This document shows, piece by piece, positions 12,095 to 22,889 of a stretch of 64,000 nt of DNA. The notes beneath the pieces are model-generated. The model had not been told where the DNA came from, did no database searches, and was given only the letters and a program-made list of their open reading frames with translations. The first letter of the stretch is position 1; the number at the start of each line of letters is the position of its first letter. The stretch lies in assembly GCA_000004985.1 (NCBI GenBank), contig GG738919.1; one strand, 5' to 3'. The position numbers and the translations under genes are program-made. Source of the DNA: Naegleria gruberi. Taxonomy: Eukaryota.

Positions 12095-12415
12095 ATGGCA
12101 CCGTGTTCGGAATTGTTTTATATAATTTTGCATCATAAGATAATAATATTAATAATGGAATTAATTGGAATAATTAGAACAAGTAGCAAGGCTGTTAAAG
12201 CTGTATGAGCTCCAAAACTTGGAGGTGCTTTCACTCTTGTTAATACTAAAGGAGAAGTTGTTACAGATTCTGAATTTAGAGGAAAATTCATGGTCATGTA
12301 TTTTGGATTTTCTAATTGTCCTGATGTTTGTCTAACTTGAAATGAAAAAGATGAGCTCTTCAAAGAATTGAAAAGGAAAATCCAGAGTTGGCAGCCAAGA
12401 TTGTTGCAATTTTAA
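12095..12415 (+). pseudogene. SCO1/SenC-like fragment with two in-frame TGA codons; probable pseudogene relic
   Basis: It encodes a hydrophobic N-terminal anchor followed by …APKLGGAFTLVNTKGEVVTDSEFRGKFMVMYFGFSNCPDVC…DELFKEL, which is collinear with the SCO1 CxxxC core. TGA lies in frame at 12206-08 and 12338-40. Homology stops about 100 aa in, so the C-terminal half of a normal SCO1 is missing. Confidence 0.45.
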
Positions 12416-12464
12416 GTAATGAATATAATATCTAGCTTTTCTAGTGGGAGAATTCTTGCTGTGA

Positions 12465-13749
12465 CTATCTGGTAACGTTTTTTGTGACATTGAACCACTG
12501 CTCAAAGAATTGTTGTACAATTCGATTTTGGAAAGAGAGTCTGTAGGGGTCATCCTTATACAACCCTTTCCTTATTATGTTCGATTTGTAAATTACTTCT
12601 GATAATTCTGTTTGAAAATCGAGTGGAAGCATAAGATGTTCAAAAGGTGTTTCAATTAATTTCTTAGCCCATTCCAATACAATCGACCTAATTGTTGAAT
12701 CTAAATTATCTATTTTTTTCAATATCAGATCATTGATTGAACCTTGCAATTGTTCAATATCAACAGAACCATCACTCTTCACAGTTTCTAATACATAACC
12801 TAAATAAACAGGCTTCATTCCAGTTACTAGAAGTATCCTGTCAATTTCATAAGTATCTGTAATATTTAGAGCTTGAAGATATTTGACACCAAAATCGCGA
12901 GAAGGTTCGAATAACTCTACAGACCTAAGCCTATCACCAGCTGATTGCAACTCTTTGGCATAACCGTCAGAAGATATGACCAACAAACCAATTCCAGTTG
13001 GGAAATTCTCTTACCATGCTAATGAACCTATTGGCTATTGGCGCGTTTCGATTAGCATTGTCAATTATGAATAAAGGACAATGCATAGATCTGAGGTTTT
13101 TAGAATGTAAGTCAATATATTTCTTGACAGTAAATTCAATATCCGACCAAGATGTTTCCTTCTCAAGCATATTCATTTGAGCTGCTATTTCTGCAATGGT
13201 TGTGGTTTCACTCAAGCTGATCAACATATAGGGATGAGGATTTAGTAATCTTATAGAATCCTCTAACATGGTGGTTTTTCCAATTCCACTCTCACCATGA
13301 AAGCCTTTCATATGTAGTTTACAATTATGCATCAACGTTAGGGTTTTTGAAAATATGTTAGAGTACTCATCATTTGGAATTAGGTTTGGATGTTCTGCAA
13401 TCTCACTCGAATACAATGTAGAATTCAGGGATACGATCCTATCTTGAATTGGATGAACCAATTCAATCTTTGTTACGCCTCCTGAATACAAGTAGCTGTA
13501 CAAACAGGCTGTGATAGCGCAGAATATGGCAACAGCATTAAGGATATTACTACAAGAAAAATCACAACAAGCAAGGTAGCTGGTTTTCCTTGCCTCCTTT
13601 TTTTTCTCTTCGTCCTTTTCAATACGGTAGTTGGAAGAAGACCCTTTGATGATAACGGAAGAATCAACGGATGTTGTTTGTTGGTCCTCAACATCCCTGC
13701 TGTTGTAAGGGAATACAGTGCTTTTAGATTGCAAGCTGTGTGTGGCCAT
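12465..13749 (-). CDS. Membrane-anchored P-loop NTPase (STAND/NB-ARC-like Walker A and B) with an apparent frameshift near 12970-12990
   Basis: It has an N-terminal TM helix (ILNAVAIFCAITACLYSYLY), a Walker A (HGESGIGKTTMLE) and a Walker B (LFIIDNANR). The downstream ORF 12465..12986 is in another frame and continues as a helical domain. No GT..AG intron can reconcile the two frames. Confidence 0.5.
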
Positions 13750-13767
13750 TTTTTTTTTGATGTAAAA

Positions 13768-14208
13768 TCAGCCCTGTAAACAAACGGCGGTAGAGACAAC
13801 TTTCACAACCGAATAAATATTATTAATTTTGGAATTTATTAAATGGTTCTCTCTGGACGGTGACTCCTTAATATTTGAGTGGCATTCACATTCTCCCTTA
13901 ATTTTGCACTCTCCATGACCAGTGCAATTAATACTGCTATCGCAAAAAGTTGGCGTTATTTCCAATTAGTCCTCAAAACCACTCGAACAAGAACAGTTAT
14001 TCAATGATATGCATGCTCCTCTCCCCGAACAAGCACTCGTATCATTTGCTCTCATTCCCTCACATATTATAATTTCCTCACCTAGCTTATTCAATTTACA
14101 TTCAATCCAAGAAGAATTTAATAAAACAAGCAGCACAGCCATCAAAGTTAAAATTATCGTAAATTTCATGGTATTGTAACATTGTTTGGTGATGCTGGGC
14201 ATCGCCAC
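13768..14208 (-). CDS. Small secreted EGF-like cysteine-rich protein interrupted by one in-frame TAA (13963-13965)
   Basis: A signal peptide (MKFTIILTLMAVLLVLL) is followed by EGF-like Cys spacing (C…CSGRGACISLNNCSCSSGFED | …CDSSINCTGHGECKIKGECECH). The two ORFs are in the same frame and separated by a single TAA. Confidence 0.35.
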
Positions 14209-14667
14209 TAATTGGTGCTCAGAAAAATTCTATCCAAAATTTGTCTATTTGTGACCATCCTTATCTACACCACTTGAGTTTCATTCTCATTTGTTCGGCA
14301 TTGAGTGGTAAGAAGCATTTGGTCTTTTTTCATAAGTCTCCTGAATTCTGGAAGTGTAACTGTTTCACAATTAGAAAGAAATTTAATTGCACCTAAGCAA
14401 GAAATTACGACCACAAGGTTCTTGTGCTACTGATCTAGACCAGCTACGGATCAACTTTTGAAGAAATTTATTTTGAGGGTCAAAATCAGCTTTAAAATCA
14501 TTTAAGACTCCAAATGATTTTGATTATTCATTAACTCGAATTGCCACTTGTGTTTCTGTTCAGGAACATTTTAATATTGGCTTTCAATACGACAATAATA
14601 TAATACTTTTTTCTGATAAAAGTACCGTAGTTGGTTCACCAAAGTTCAAACAAAAAACTCAAAAAAA

Positions 14668-15897
14668 ATGTTCTCACATTCAAACGATGTTGTCGATCGG
14701 CTAAATCCTGAAGAGCAATTAGCCTTGGTCACCTACCTCATCAATACAAAATTCAATTATGAGCAAAAGAAACACCTCCGACAATTATTGAATGCCTACA
14801 CTCTCTTGGCTGAATCAGATGTTATCTATGAGGTGTTTTCCTTCATTGATTTTAAAGAATTGATCAATTTGAGATTGTGTAGCCGAAAATTCAATCAATT
14901 CATCATGAGTGATGATTATTGGAGTCGAGTGTTTAATAGATATTTTAGCAATCAAGTGGCTCCTCAATCAGGAGGAATATTTAACAGATTTATTGAAGGT
15001 TAGTATTCGTAATATTTCACAACATGAAAGATTACATAAATATTTAAAGAATTGAAGAAATCACTCAGATTCAGGTTGGAACCTCTTCATGGACAGTACA
15101 TGTGGAACAAAACTTGGACCTTCCCAGATGATAATCCTTTGAAAATTGTCACATTCCAAGCAAAAGCTCAAAATGATATTCACATTAGTTTGGCAACTTC
15201 TCCACTCGTTACTAGTCCAATGTATGAGATTGTGATTGGTGGTTGGGGAAATGGTCAAAGTGTTATTAGAAGAGAAGCTCAGGGAGGAGCTTGGGCAAGT
15301 ATTGGACATCATCCCTGTAATCCTGATCAATTTTTGGATTATTGGGTCTGTCTCAACTCTGATTCTGGATGCATTTCTTGTGGAGCTGGTAAAACAGTTG
15401 GAGAACAACAATTTATGATTTTATCAGATAGTAATGTCTTGAATGTCAAGTGTGTTGGATTTACCACTTGGGATAAGCCTATTGAATACAGAAATGTGAA
15501 AACTAACTCAATTACACCATCAAGTTATGAATTTTACCTGCAATTTGGAAGTCTATTATGGCTACCAATGGTAGTCAATTCTGATGTCTTGGTTTTCAAC
15601 GTGAAACAGGGACGACACAATCTCACAATTCAATTCTCATCATTGTACAGTACCACTGAGATTTCATTTCCTACAAAATCAAAACAGAAGAAAGGAAATT
15701 GGATCAGATATTATCTTGTCTGTAGTGGAAATAGAGTTGCGAGTTATGTTGGAGAAGATGATGATAAATCAATTCCAAAACTTTATGAAACTAAACAAAT
15801 TCCAAACAATTGTTCTCAATTTGGGTTCAATTGTGATGTGGTCAATTTTAATAGAATATCATTGGAAGATTTCGGAAAACAACTCAATAAAAAGTAA
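14668..15897 (+). CDS. F-box protein with a C-terminal DM9/FAMeT-like (PF12248-like) domain; 2 exons, intron 14999..15049
   Basis: There is an N-terminal F-box (VFSFIDFKELINLRLCSRKFNQFI). A donor at GAAG|GTTAGT and an acceptor TTTAAAG| join in frame to 15050... The C-terminus contains …HISLATS…MYEIVIGGWGNGQSVIRR…, which is reminiscent of FAMeT/DUF3421 domains. Confidence 0.5.
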
Positions 15898-16275
15898 GAT
15901 TCGCAGGTTGACCATATTATTACTGTAGTCATTGTATAAAAAACATAGTTCAAAGATAACAATAGCATCATTTACAATAGGAACTGTCACGCTATTAAGT
16001 TCTTTACCAACCAAACTTCCACATCCACGTATTGAGTGTTTCTATCTCTCCTATCGAACAACCATTCAAATAACAATTATTCTCACCATAAAAGTCAATC
16101 ACGATGAAATCATTAAATAACATAGCAAAAAAATAGCACAACTTGTCCCTTCATTTTCCCTCCAAAAATAATAAGCGCTCCGAGTAGTATTTTGAGCGTT
16201 TTTGGATCGTTATTGATCATCATAAGATCTTTGAAAAAACAATTAAACAAGGAAGATCAGAGTGTGTGAGAGAAA

Positions 16276-17280
16276 ATGGGTATGTTCCACAGTACGAGTG
16301 GAAAGTGGGGTTATAATCTGCACCAGAAGAAAACTTCCTATGAGTTGAGCAAGGAAGTGGCCATTCAATTGTTGAAGGAAGAACAACGTCTTCGGAGATT
16401 GTCCTCTACTCAACAGTCATACACGGAAGCTGATACGAATTTTAGAATGCTCGAGAATATTACCTATGATTTGCAAGAGAAGGCTTTGCAGAATGTATTG
16501 GGCATTGATCATTCGGATCCAATGTGGCATGAAGCATTGATTGCCTTTAGAAATTTGAGAGCAATTTATCAAAATGATCCTGATGTGAATCAATTAACAG
16601 ATTATTTCAAGTATGACATGTCTAGAGATTTCTTTGTTCAAAAGGTTAATTTGGAAACTATCAAGATTGTAGACTTGCTTGGTTATTATGATTTTGAGAA
16701 GGAGATTAATAATTTTGATCAAATGCCTAGCTCTGAAGAATTAGTTGCAAATAATACGAAAACATTGGCTCAATTTTTAACAGAAAGAAATACCAATAAC
16801 TTACCAGTTGCAATTATTGGAAGCTCATACTCCTGACCACCGTTTAGACAACACCAGCAATATCTCTTTGAAAGTATCTTCCAAGAATTCAAAGAGAAGG
16901 TGTTTGTCATTACCATTTATATTAAGGAAGCCCACGCTTGTGACCAATGGAAATTAGGAAACAGAATTAATATCAAACAACATCAAACAAGTGAAGATAG
17001 AGTAGATGCCACTAGATTAATGATGAAGGAAATGAATTTCAGAATTCCAACCATTGTCGATTCTATTGAGAATGGTTATGAGGAAGCTTTTGCAGTTTGG
17101 CCTGAAAAGTTTGTCATTATGAACAATAATGGAATAGTCGAGTATCAATCCAAACCAGAAACATATGGACATTCTCCAACAAAATTCCGTGAATTGATTG
17201 AACTTTATTTGAGTCGTACTAATCCTCCTTCTGATAAGGCTAGTACAACTACTCCTTCTGATCTTGGTCAAGTTTTGTAA
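16276..17280 (+). CDS. Iodothyronine deiodinase-like selenoprotein; in-frame TGA (Sec) at 16834..16836
   Basis: ORFs 16276..16836 and 16900..17280 share one frame, are separated only by a TGA, and have no other stop between them. The translation …LPVAIIGSSYS-U-PPFRQHQQYLFES…VFVITIYIKEAHACDQWKL…IPTIVDSIENGYEEAFAVWPEKFVIMNNNGIVEYQSKP matches deiodinase motifs (FGSCTUPPF; YIEEAHASDGW; PERLYIIQEGRILYKG). Confidence 0.8.
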
Positions 17281-17292
17281 CTTGCATGCTTG

Positions 17293-17360
17293 TTAGAGTG
17301 TGTGACATTGACTCAAACAAATCACACGAATGTGAATCCAAGTCAATTGAAATTCTCTTA
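17293..17360 (+). promoter_or_regulatory. Candidate SECIS element in the 3'UTR of the deiodinase-like gene
   Basis: Thirteen nt after the stop there is a stem-loop. The 5' GUGA (17302-05) and 3' GAaa (17349-52) form tandem G·A/A·G pairs that flank a 7-bp helix (attgact 17307-13 / agtcaat 17341-47). Unpaired AAA lies at 17315-17317, and the apical region has a mini-stem tcac/gtga. The lower helix is ttagag/ctctta. The 5' quartet is GUGA rather than the canonical AUGA, and helix II is slightly short. Confidence 0.4.
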
Positions 17361-17481
17361 CAACATCCATTTACTAACCTTGTGTCAAGAAATAAATGTA
17401 CATTTGATAATATTTATTTAACATTGAGGATTATTTACATTATGTATTTTGTTTATACTACTAGAATAAAGATTTCAATCT

Positions 17482-17730
17482 TTAATTTTGAGATTTGGAA
17501 TCCTTATCTGGTTTTCTATATTGTTGTTCGAAAGATTTAATCTTATTCCACACTTGCTCAGTTGACCATTTATTTCCTTCTTCCTTTTCTTCACTTGATT
17601 TATTCAATTCCTCTTCTTTATGATTTGTTGAACAAGATGAGGGTTTCACATCTTCTACAAATTTCTCAACATCATACTTGTGGTAAATGTACATTCCAGA
17701 TGCAACTCCTGCCATAAAACTGAACATTTT
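17482..17730 (-). CDS. Small hypothetical protein (about 82 aa) with an N-terminal hydrophobic helix
   Basis: MFSFMAGVASGMYIYHKYDVEKFVEDVKP… followed by a K/E-rich tail. The true ATG is the second start of the listed ORF. I recognise no family. Confidence 0.3.
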   Translation of the reverse strand, partial: KMFSFMAGVASGMYIYHKYDVEKFVEDVKPSSCSTNHKEEELNKSSEEKEEGNKWSTEQVWNKIKSFEQQYRKPDKDSKSQN

Positions 17731-18512
17731 CAATATGATGTTTTGTTGTTGTTATTAAATTTAACTTGTATTTGTTTTTTTTTGTTGAGATTATTGGAAT
17801 ATTCAAGTTTACTCTATTTATAGTCAACTTTGTAAAATTGATTGAATAAAAAGAAATATTGTCAAGTTGATGATTCAAATCAAAATGGTTGTTGTTTGTT
17901 TGTCTGTTCACTAGTACATGTAGTTGATTGAATAATTTTAGGAACATGTGTTTTGATTAAATGTTTTTTTGATTATAGCATTTAACCATTTTCAAATAAT
18001 ATATATTGTTGGATTTTTGCAACTTTGAAGAAAGATTGCAAATATTTAACCAATGAGAAACAGTACATGAGCAGGACACTTGACAATTATCATGAATTTA
18101 AGTTATGTTTAAATGATTGTAAAATTTCAGAATTATTCATTCAATTAGGGTTTAATATGTTTGTTTTAGAATTGTGCATGATGTGAACTCATGTCTCCCA
18201 ATAAACACCTCTGAAAGTTTATTCTAGTAAGTAAACATGAATTTGGAAGCAACAAAATGGTTTCGTATACTTTTTATTCCGCCACTTTTTTGTCATTTCA
18301 ATGATAATGAAAGTAAACTGCACATTGACAAAGATTTGGTACATTAATGTATGGTAATTTCGAGTTTCCATAAATGTATTTTTCAAAACCGAAAGTTGAT
18401 TGGAGAGATAATATTGAAACCTAACAAAATACAAAACTAGCAATTTTTAAGAACGCAGTCATCGTATTGAGATACGTAGTAGGACTAAAAAGATTAGAAA
18501 AAACATCTCAAC

Positions 18513-19186
18513 ATGTATTCGAATGCAAACTACTGTCGTGTCACTATCAGACAAGATGTACCTGCTTCATCTTACAATGACAATTGGCAACCATGTATAC
18601 CAGATCCAGTTATTGTTCCACAACAAAGAAATCAACAATACTTGGTTTCTACAAGTGCTGCTAATGGACTTTCGAATAATGATGAGTTTCTTTCAATGTT
18701 TGCAACACTTCAACTTGATTCACAAGAGAAATTAATTAGATTGTATACCTTGATCTTTCAATTACAACAACAAGCAAACATTGCTACTAGTCCTGCTTAT
18801 CAACAAGATAAAGTTTCTACAGACGAAACCATTCCTCCAGTTTCTTCCATTTCACAAAACCCCCAAACAAATGAAAGCAGCACCAGCACCTTCTCCTCAT
18901 GCTTTACAACATCCACCTCTCCAATCATCCAACATTCCAATCAAGTTTCCTCCAAAATCACCAAGCCATCCAAAATGAAAAACCAAAACCCTCAAAAACT
19001 CTCAAAACCACAAAAATCTCAAAAACCAGAAAAATACACAGAATTGTGTTCTTCATTTCGATCTATTTAAAGTTCGAGATGAAAACGATTGAATCCTATC
19101 AGAGAGAATTGGACTTGAAGAATAGTCAACCAAAGAGAAAAAGGGGAAGACCAAGAAAGGGATTTTATCAAGATGAAAGGGAGTGA
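18513..19186 (+). CDS. Low-complexity Q/S/T/P-rich hypothetical protein; possibly frameshifted onto an AT-hook-containing C-terminus
   Basis: ORF 18513..19070 is low-complexity. The overlapping ORF 18899..19186 ends with …PKRKRGRPRKGFY (AT-hook GRP core). Whether they form one gene is unresolved. Confidence 0.25.
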
Positions 19187-19238
19187 TGTTTTCCTGAAAG
19201 TTTAGGGCAATAAAAAAAAATTTATTCGAAACTTATTC

Positions 19239-21289
19239 TTAATCTTTCTTCTTCATATAGGAATTATTAAACAAGGTCAAATGACTCTGATAAATACGAA
19301 ATCCAAGTTTATCTACAAACTTGTTCAAAACCTTCTTGTAATCATCGTGGGATTTAATGCAAAAATGGAAAGAATTAGTTACAAGTGAGAGAAAGTAGAA
19401 ACAATTCAAATCAGTTGTGTGATCCAAAGTGGAGAGTCTTTCCAATACTTGTTTCAACATTTCGTCCAAGAATTTCATATCTTCTTTTGGGTAAATTCCA
19501 TCTCGATTTGAATTTGTAAAATTCGTTCAGTTGTAATGGAAGATTCCAAATCTAGACTGTTTCGAATAATGAGCAATACAATCTTACTAACCACTGAATA
19601 GATTTGAGTATTGAACCCATAAGTTAAACTGGAAATTGTCTTGAAAAAGAAAAATGGAAAGTAATGACTGGCAGTTTCGTTCCAATTAGTTGAGAAGGAA
19701 GAAACTTTTTCCTCAAATTTGAAATCTTGCAAAAAGCTCACAACCAATTCATTCTCCATTTCTGAATCGATTAATGAAAATAAAAAGGAAATTTGTTCAA
19801 TTTCAATTTGATAATAATTTTCAGGTTGACCAAACAATTTTTCTCCTCCACGACCACTTCCAGATTCCAATCTTTCAAAATTATCATTCGGCTCCACATA
19901 GACACTATTAAATTCAATCTTCTTATCACAATTCCAAAAGTGATTTTCATATTGATTGTCAGCTCTTACAGAGCTAGAGCAGAGTAAATGATGGAGAGCG
20001 AATTGACAAGCAAACATGAGAAATTGTTTGTCTTTTTGGAGGTTGACTGGTTGAGATTTCAACTTTTTAAAACCGAGATTGAATAAAATTTCACAATATT
20101 TTCTCCACTTGTTGAGTTTGATGTCGATTTGGATTTCTTCTGGAAGAGTTGACTTGGATTTTGATTCGTCTGGCTTATTTTCTTGTTGGAATTTTGAGTT
20201 GGATTGATAATTGTAAGATAATTCAGCAATGTTTTCAAATGGAACAGTCTTATTGTCATGAGTTACAATAGTTGTTGGATTAGTTTCACTTTCAGAAATA
20301 TTGGAAACTATTGAACTGCCACAAGTACAACTACTCGAACAACTAATGCAACTTCCTGACCTTCCAGAAATAGTTTCACTATTGGCTAACCCACCACTAT
20401 TTACAGAACTTTCGTCTGAAATCTCATAATTGTTAGTTCTAAATCTAACAATACTTTGCAACATTTCAAAGCACTGTTGTGCATCATATTCATCTTCCAT
20501 TAGAAACAACTCAACTAAAATGGCCTCAATCTTATCAACGGCTACACCCAATTCATCCAACTTTCCAATATCACATGGTAAGAATCTCAAGAATTCCCTC
20601 TTAAATCCATTCTTAAATTCAATGAATTCTCGATCATGGAGAGATCTCACAATTTCTTCTTTCTCTTCTTCTTTTTTCTCTTCAATCTTGCCACCATTTG
20701 CTTCATAATCTTTAATTTCTCGATTCAATTTCATGCCTAATTGCCTCTCCTCTTCACATCTCTTTGCATCTTTTCCATGTTCTTCAATTTCTTTTCTTCT
20801 CTTTTTTAAGTTTTCTTCAAAACTCAGTGTTAGTGGTATGTTTGTGGTTGTGGATTTTGATTTTGAGACAAACATTGAAACATCTAAATTAAATAAATCT
20901 TCATCATCATCTTCTGTTGGGATTGGATTCAGAGTGGAAGAGGTAGGAATAGGAATCATTGGAATGAGTGCGCCATTTGATTGTAGTGCAAATGTTGATA
21001 AAGATGGATCAGAATTGGAGCTGTCAATTTGTTCATTTGCTTGTTCTTCATCTGTTGTGTTAAGAGGTACAGAAGAAATTGGAGCAGATGAAGATATAGA
21101 AGGGACATCAGCAGATGAGGATTGTTCTGTTGATGATGAACAAGATTGGTAAATTAATTGATCAATCTTTGCATCATGTTCGGAGGTGGAAATTTCCTTG
21201 ATTTTCTTGACTGAATTTTCCTCTTCACTTGCCAAAGTGCTTTCCTTTCTCTTCTTGCCAGTATCTTCGATCGAATGAATAACAGTCAT
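19239..21289 (-). CDS. Hypothetical protein (about 680 aa if joined): acidic/Ser-rich N-terminal part, K/E-rich coiled-coil region and a helical C-terminal region; apparent frameshift at 19475-19478
   Basis: ORFs 19475..21289 and 19239..19478 abut at an ATGA overlap in different frames. The ATG follows an A-run. I recognise no domain. Confidence 0.4.
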
Positions 21290-21689
21290 TCTTGAGTATT
21301 GTTTTTTTTTGCTTGTAAATTGTGCTAAATTTAATAGAGATTTTTACCGAGAAAACAAAAAGAACAAAAATATTTGTTAGGTGACGAGTTGAAAGACAAG
21401 CTTTTTAGTATGTGATTTGTTTTCACTGTTGAACATTGAAAATTGAAAGATCCTTATTCTCTTTGGACCATAGAAATTTTTGTAAATTTGATACAATGAA
21501 GCAAATCAAATGTTTCAAGTCAAAAATATTGAAAAAAATGGGCACGAATCTGAGATTATTATCTCAGTGAATACAATTATTGAATAGTTGAAATTTGAGA
21601 ATTTTATACCCGTGTGAGTTTACTTTGAGTGATATAAAAATAAAATTGTGAACTAGAGCACGAAGAAAAAATAAAGTGCTTCCTTGATT

Positions 21690-22415
21690 CTATAGCTTTG
21701 TGATTGTAAACCGTCCATTCAATTCTCCAACATTAATATCTGTTCCATTTGAGCGTACAGAGTACTTCTTTTCCTTCCCAATACGTTCAATTTGGTCATT
21801 TACTGGTTGTATTTGTTTTATCTTACCAAAAACTCCAGCCACTACACTAACAGCAGACGTCAAACCACTTGTAATAGCAACAGAAGCTCCAGTAGCAGCA
21901 GTGACAGAAGTAGTTGTTACCACAGCTGTTCCCAATCCAATTCCTTTGGTAACAGCAACACCACTACCAATTCCAAGTCCTGTTGAGGCAGCAAGTCCTG
22001 TACCAATACCAACACCACTACCAACACCAGAAGAGCCAGCAATTATTCCAGTACCACTCACAGTTGACCCAACCACAACACCACTTCCAACAGTAATACC
22101 ACTTCCTGCACCAACTCCAAGAAGAGGCAATGCAAGACTTCCAAGCACAGCTAATCCAGCAATTACAACTGCAGTTCCACCCACACTGCCCAATACTGTT
22201 GCAACAATTGGGAGGGCAATTTCACTGGTTCTTAGTGTTTTAGTTTCATCCAAGCATTCTTCTACAGAAACAGTAAAGAAAACATTGCCAATGCCATCAA
22301 AATGAAAGGATTGTCCTGTTTGAATGATGGCTTCATACAAGGGTCCAACGTGGGACAATCGAACACGAATTACTTTTTCAGTTTGGTTGTTGACTCTGAT
22401 ACCTGAGTGGGACAT
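21690..22415 (-). CDS. Glycine-rich hydrophobic repeat protein (VGSG/IGTG repeats) flanked by short globular N- and C-terminal segments
   Basis: MSHSGIRVNNQTEKVIRVRLSHVGPLYEAIIQTGQSFHFDG… is followed by about 120 aa of G/V/A/S/T repeats and then …YSVRSNGTDINVGELNGRFTITKL. The ATG follows an A-run, which supports this strand. The plus-strand ORF 21700..22305 is a shadow ORF. Confidence 0.45.
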   Translation of the reverse strand: MSHSGIRVNNQTEKVIRVRLSHVGPLYEAIIQTGQSFHFDGIGNVFFTVSVEECLDETKTLRTSEIALPIVATVLGSVGGTAVVIAGLAVLGSLALPLLGVGAGSGITVGSGVVVGSTVSGTGIIAGSSGVGSGVGIGTGLAASTGLGIGSGVAVTKGIGLGTAVVTTTSVTAATGASVAITSGLTSAVSVVAGVFGKIKQIQPVNDQIERIGKEKKYSVRSNGTDINVGELNGRFTITKL

Positions 22416-22557
22416 TTTTTTTCAGAAGAAACTGAAATTTCAAAGAAGGGGATTTTCTGTTAGTAGTAATTTGGTTTATCCTTCAATCTAGATCAAGAAT
22501 TCCTTTCTCGAATTTAAAGTCGTTACACTTGTGATAAACAAGTTCTATGAACAAGAA

Positions 22558-22628
22558 GCGTCGATGGTATAGTGGTAGAATACGGCGTTGCCATCGCCGT
22601 GACCCGGGTTCAATTCCCGGTCGACGCA
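22558..22628 (+). tRNA. tRNA-Gly (anticodon GCC)
   Basis: GCGTCGATGGTATAGTGGTAGAATACGGCGTTGCCATCGCCGTGACCCGGGTTCAATTCCCGGTCGACGCA. The acceptor is gcgtcga/tcgacgc and the anticodon loop is tTGCCat. It closely resembles eukaryotic tRNA-Gly-GCC. Confidence 0.85.
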
Positions 22629-22889
22629 TTCAGGAATTACCTTTTTACATTCATATTGCTCATGTTCACAATTTTATTTTTATACCGCTAAAAGTAAACT
22701 CACACATCTACAAAATTCTCAAATTTCAAGCATCCAATACTTGTATTCACTGAGATAATAGTCTCAGTTTCATGACCAAATTTTTTTCCAAAATTTTTTC
22801 CTCACTGAACTTGAACTTCTCCTCCTTTTTGAATGCTTTTGTGTTGCATCGATTTGTTATGAACTTTTCATTTTAAACATCAAAAAAAA

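Noticed and set aside
12206-12340. Reading the two TGAs in the SCO1-like fragment as selenocysteine
   Set aside because: SCO1 is not a known selenoprotein. The fragment lacks the C-terminal half and sits in a 370-bp gap between convergent genes. A pseudogene relic is the more economical reading (kept as a finding for checking).
21700-22305. Plus-strand 201-aa Pro/Thr/Val-rich ORF antisense to the Gly-rich gene
   Set aside because: It is a shadow ORF of a low-complexity repeat. The minus-strand ATG has the characteristic A-run context, and the plus-strand ORF starts with no such context.
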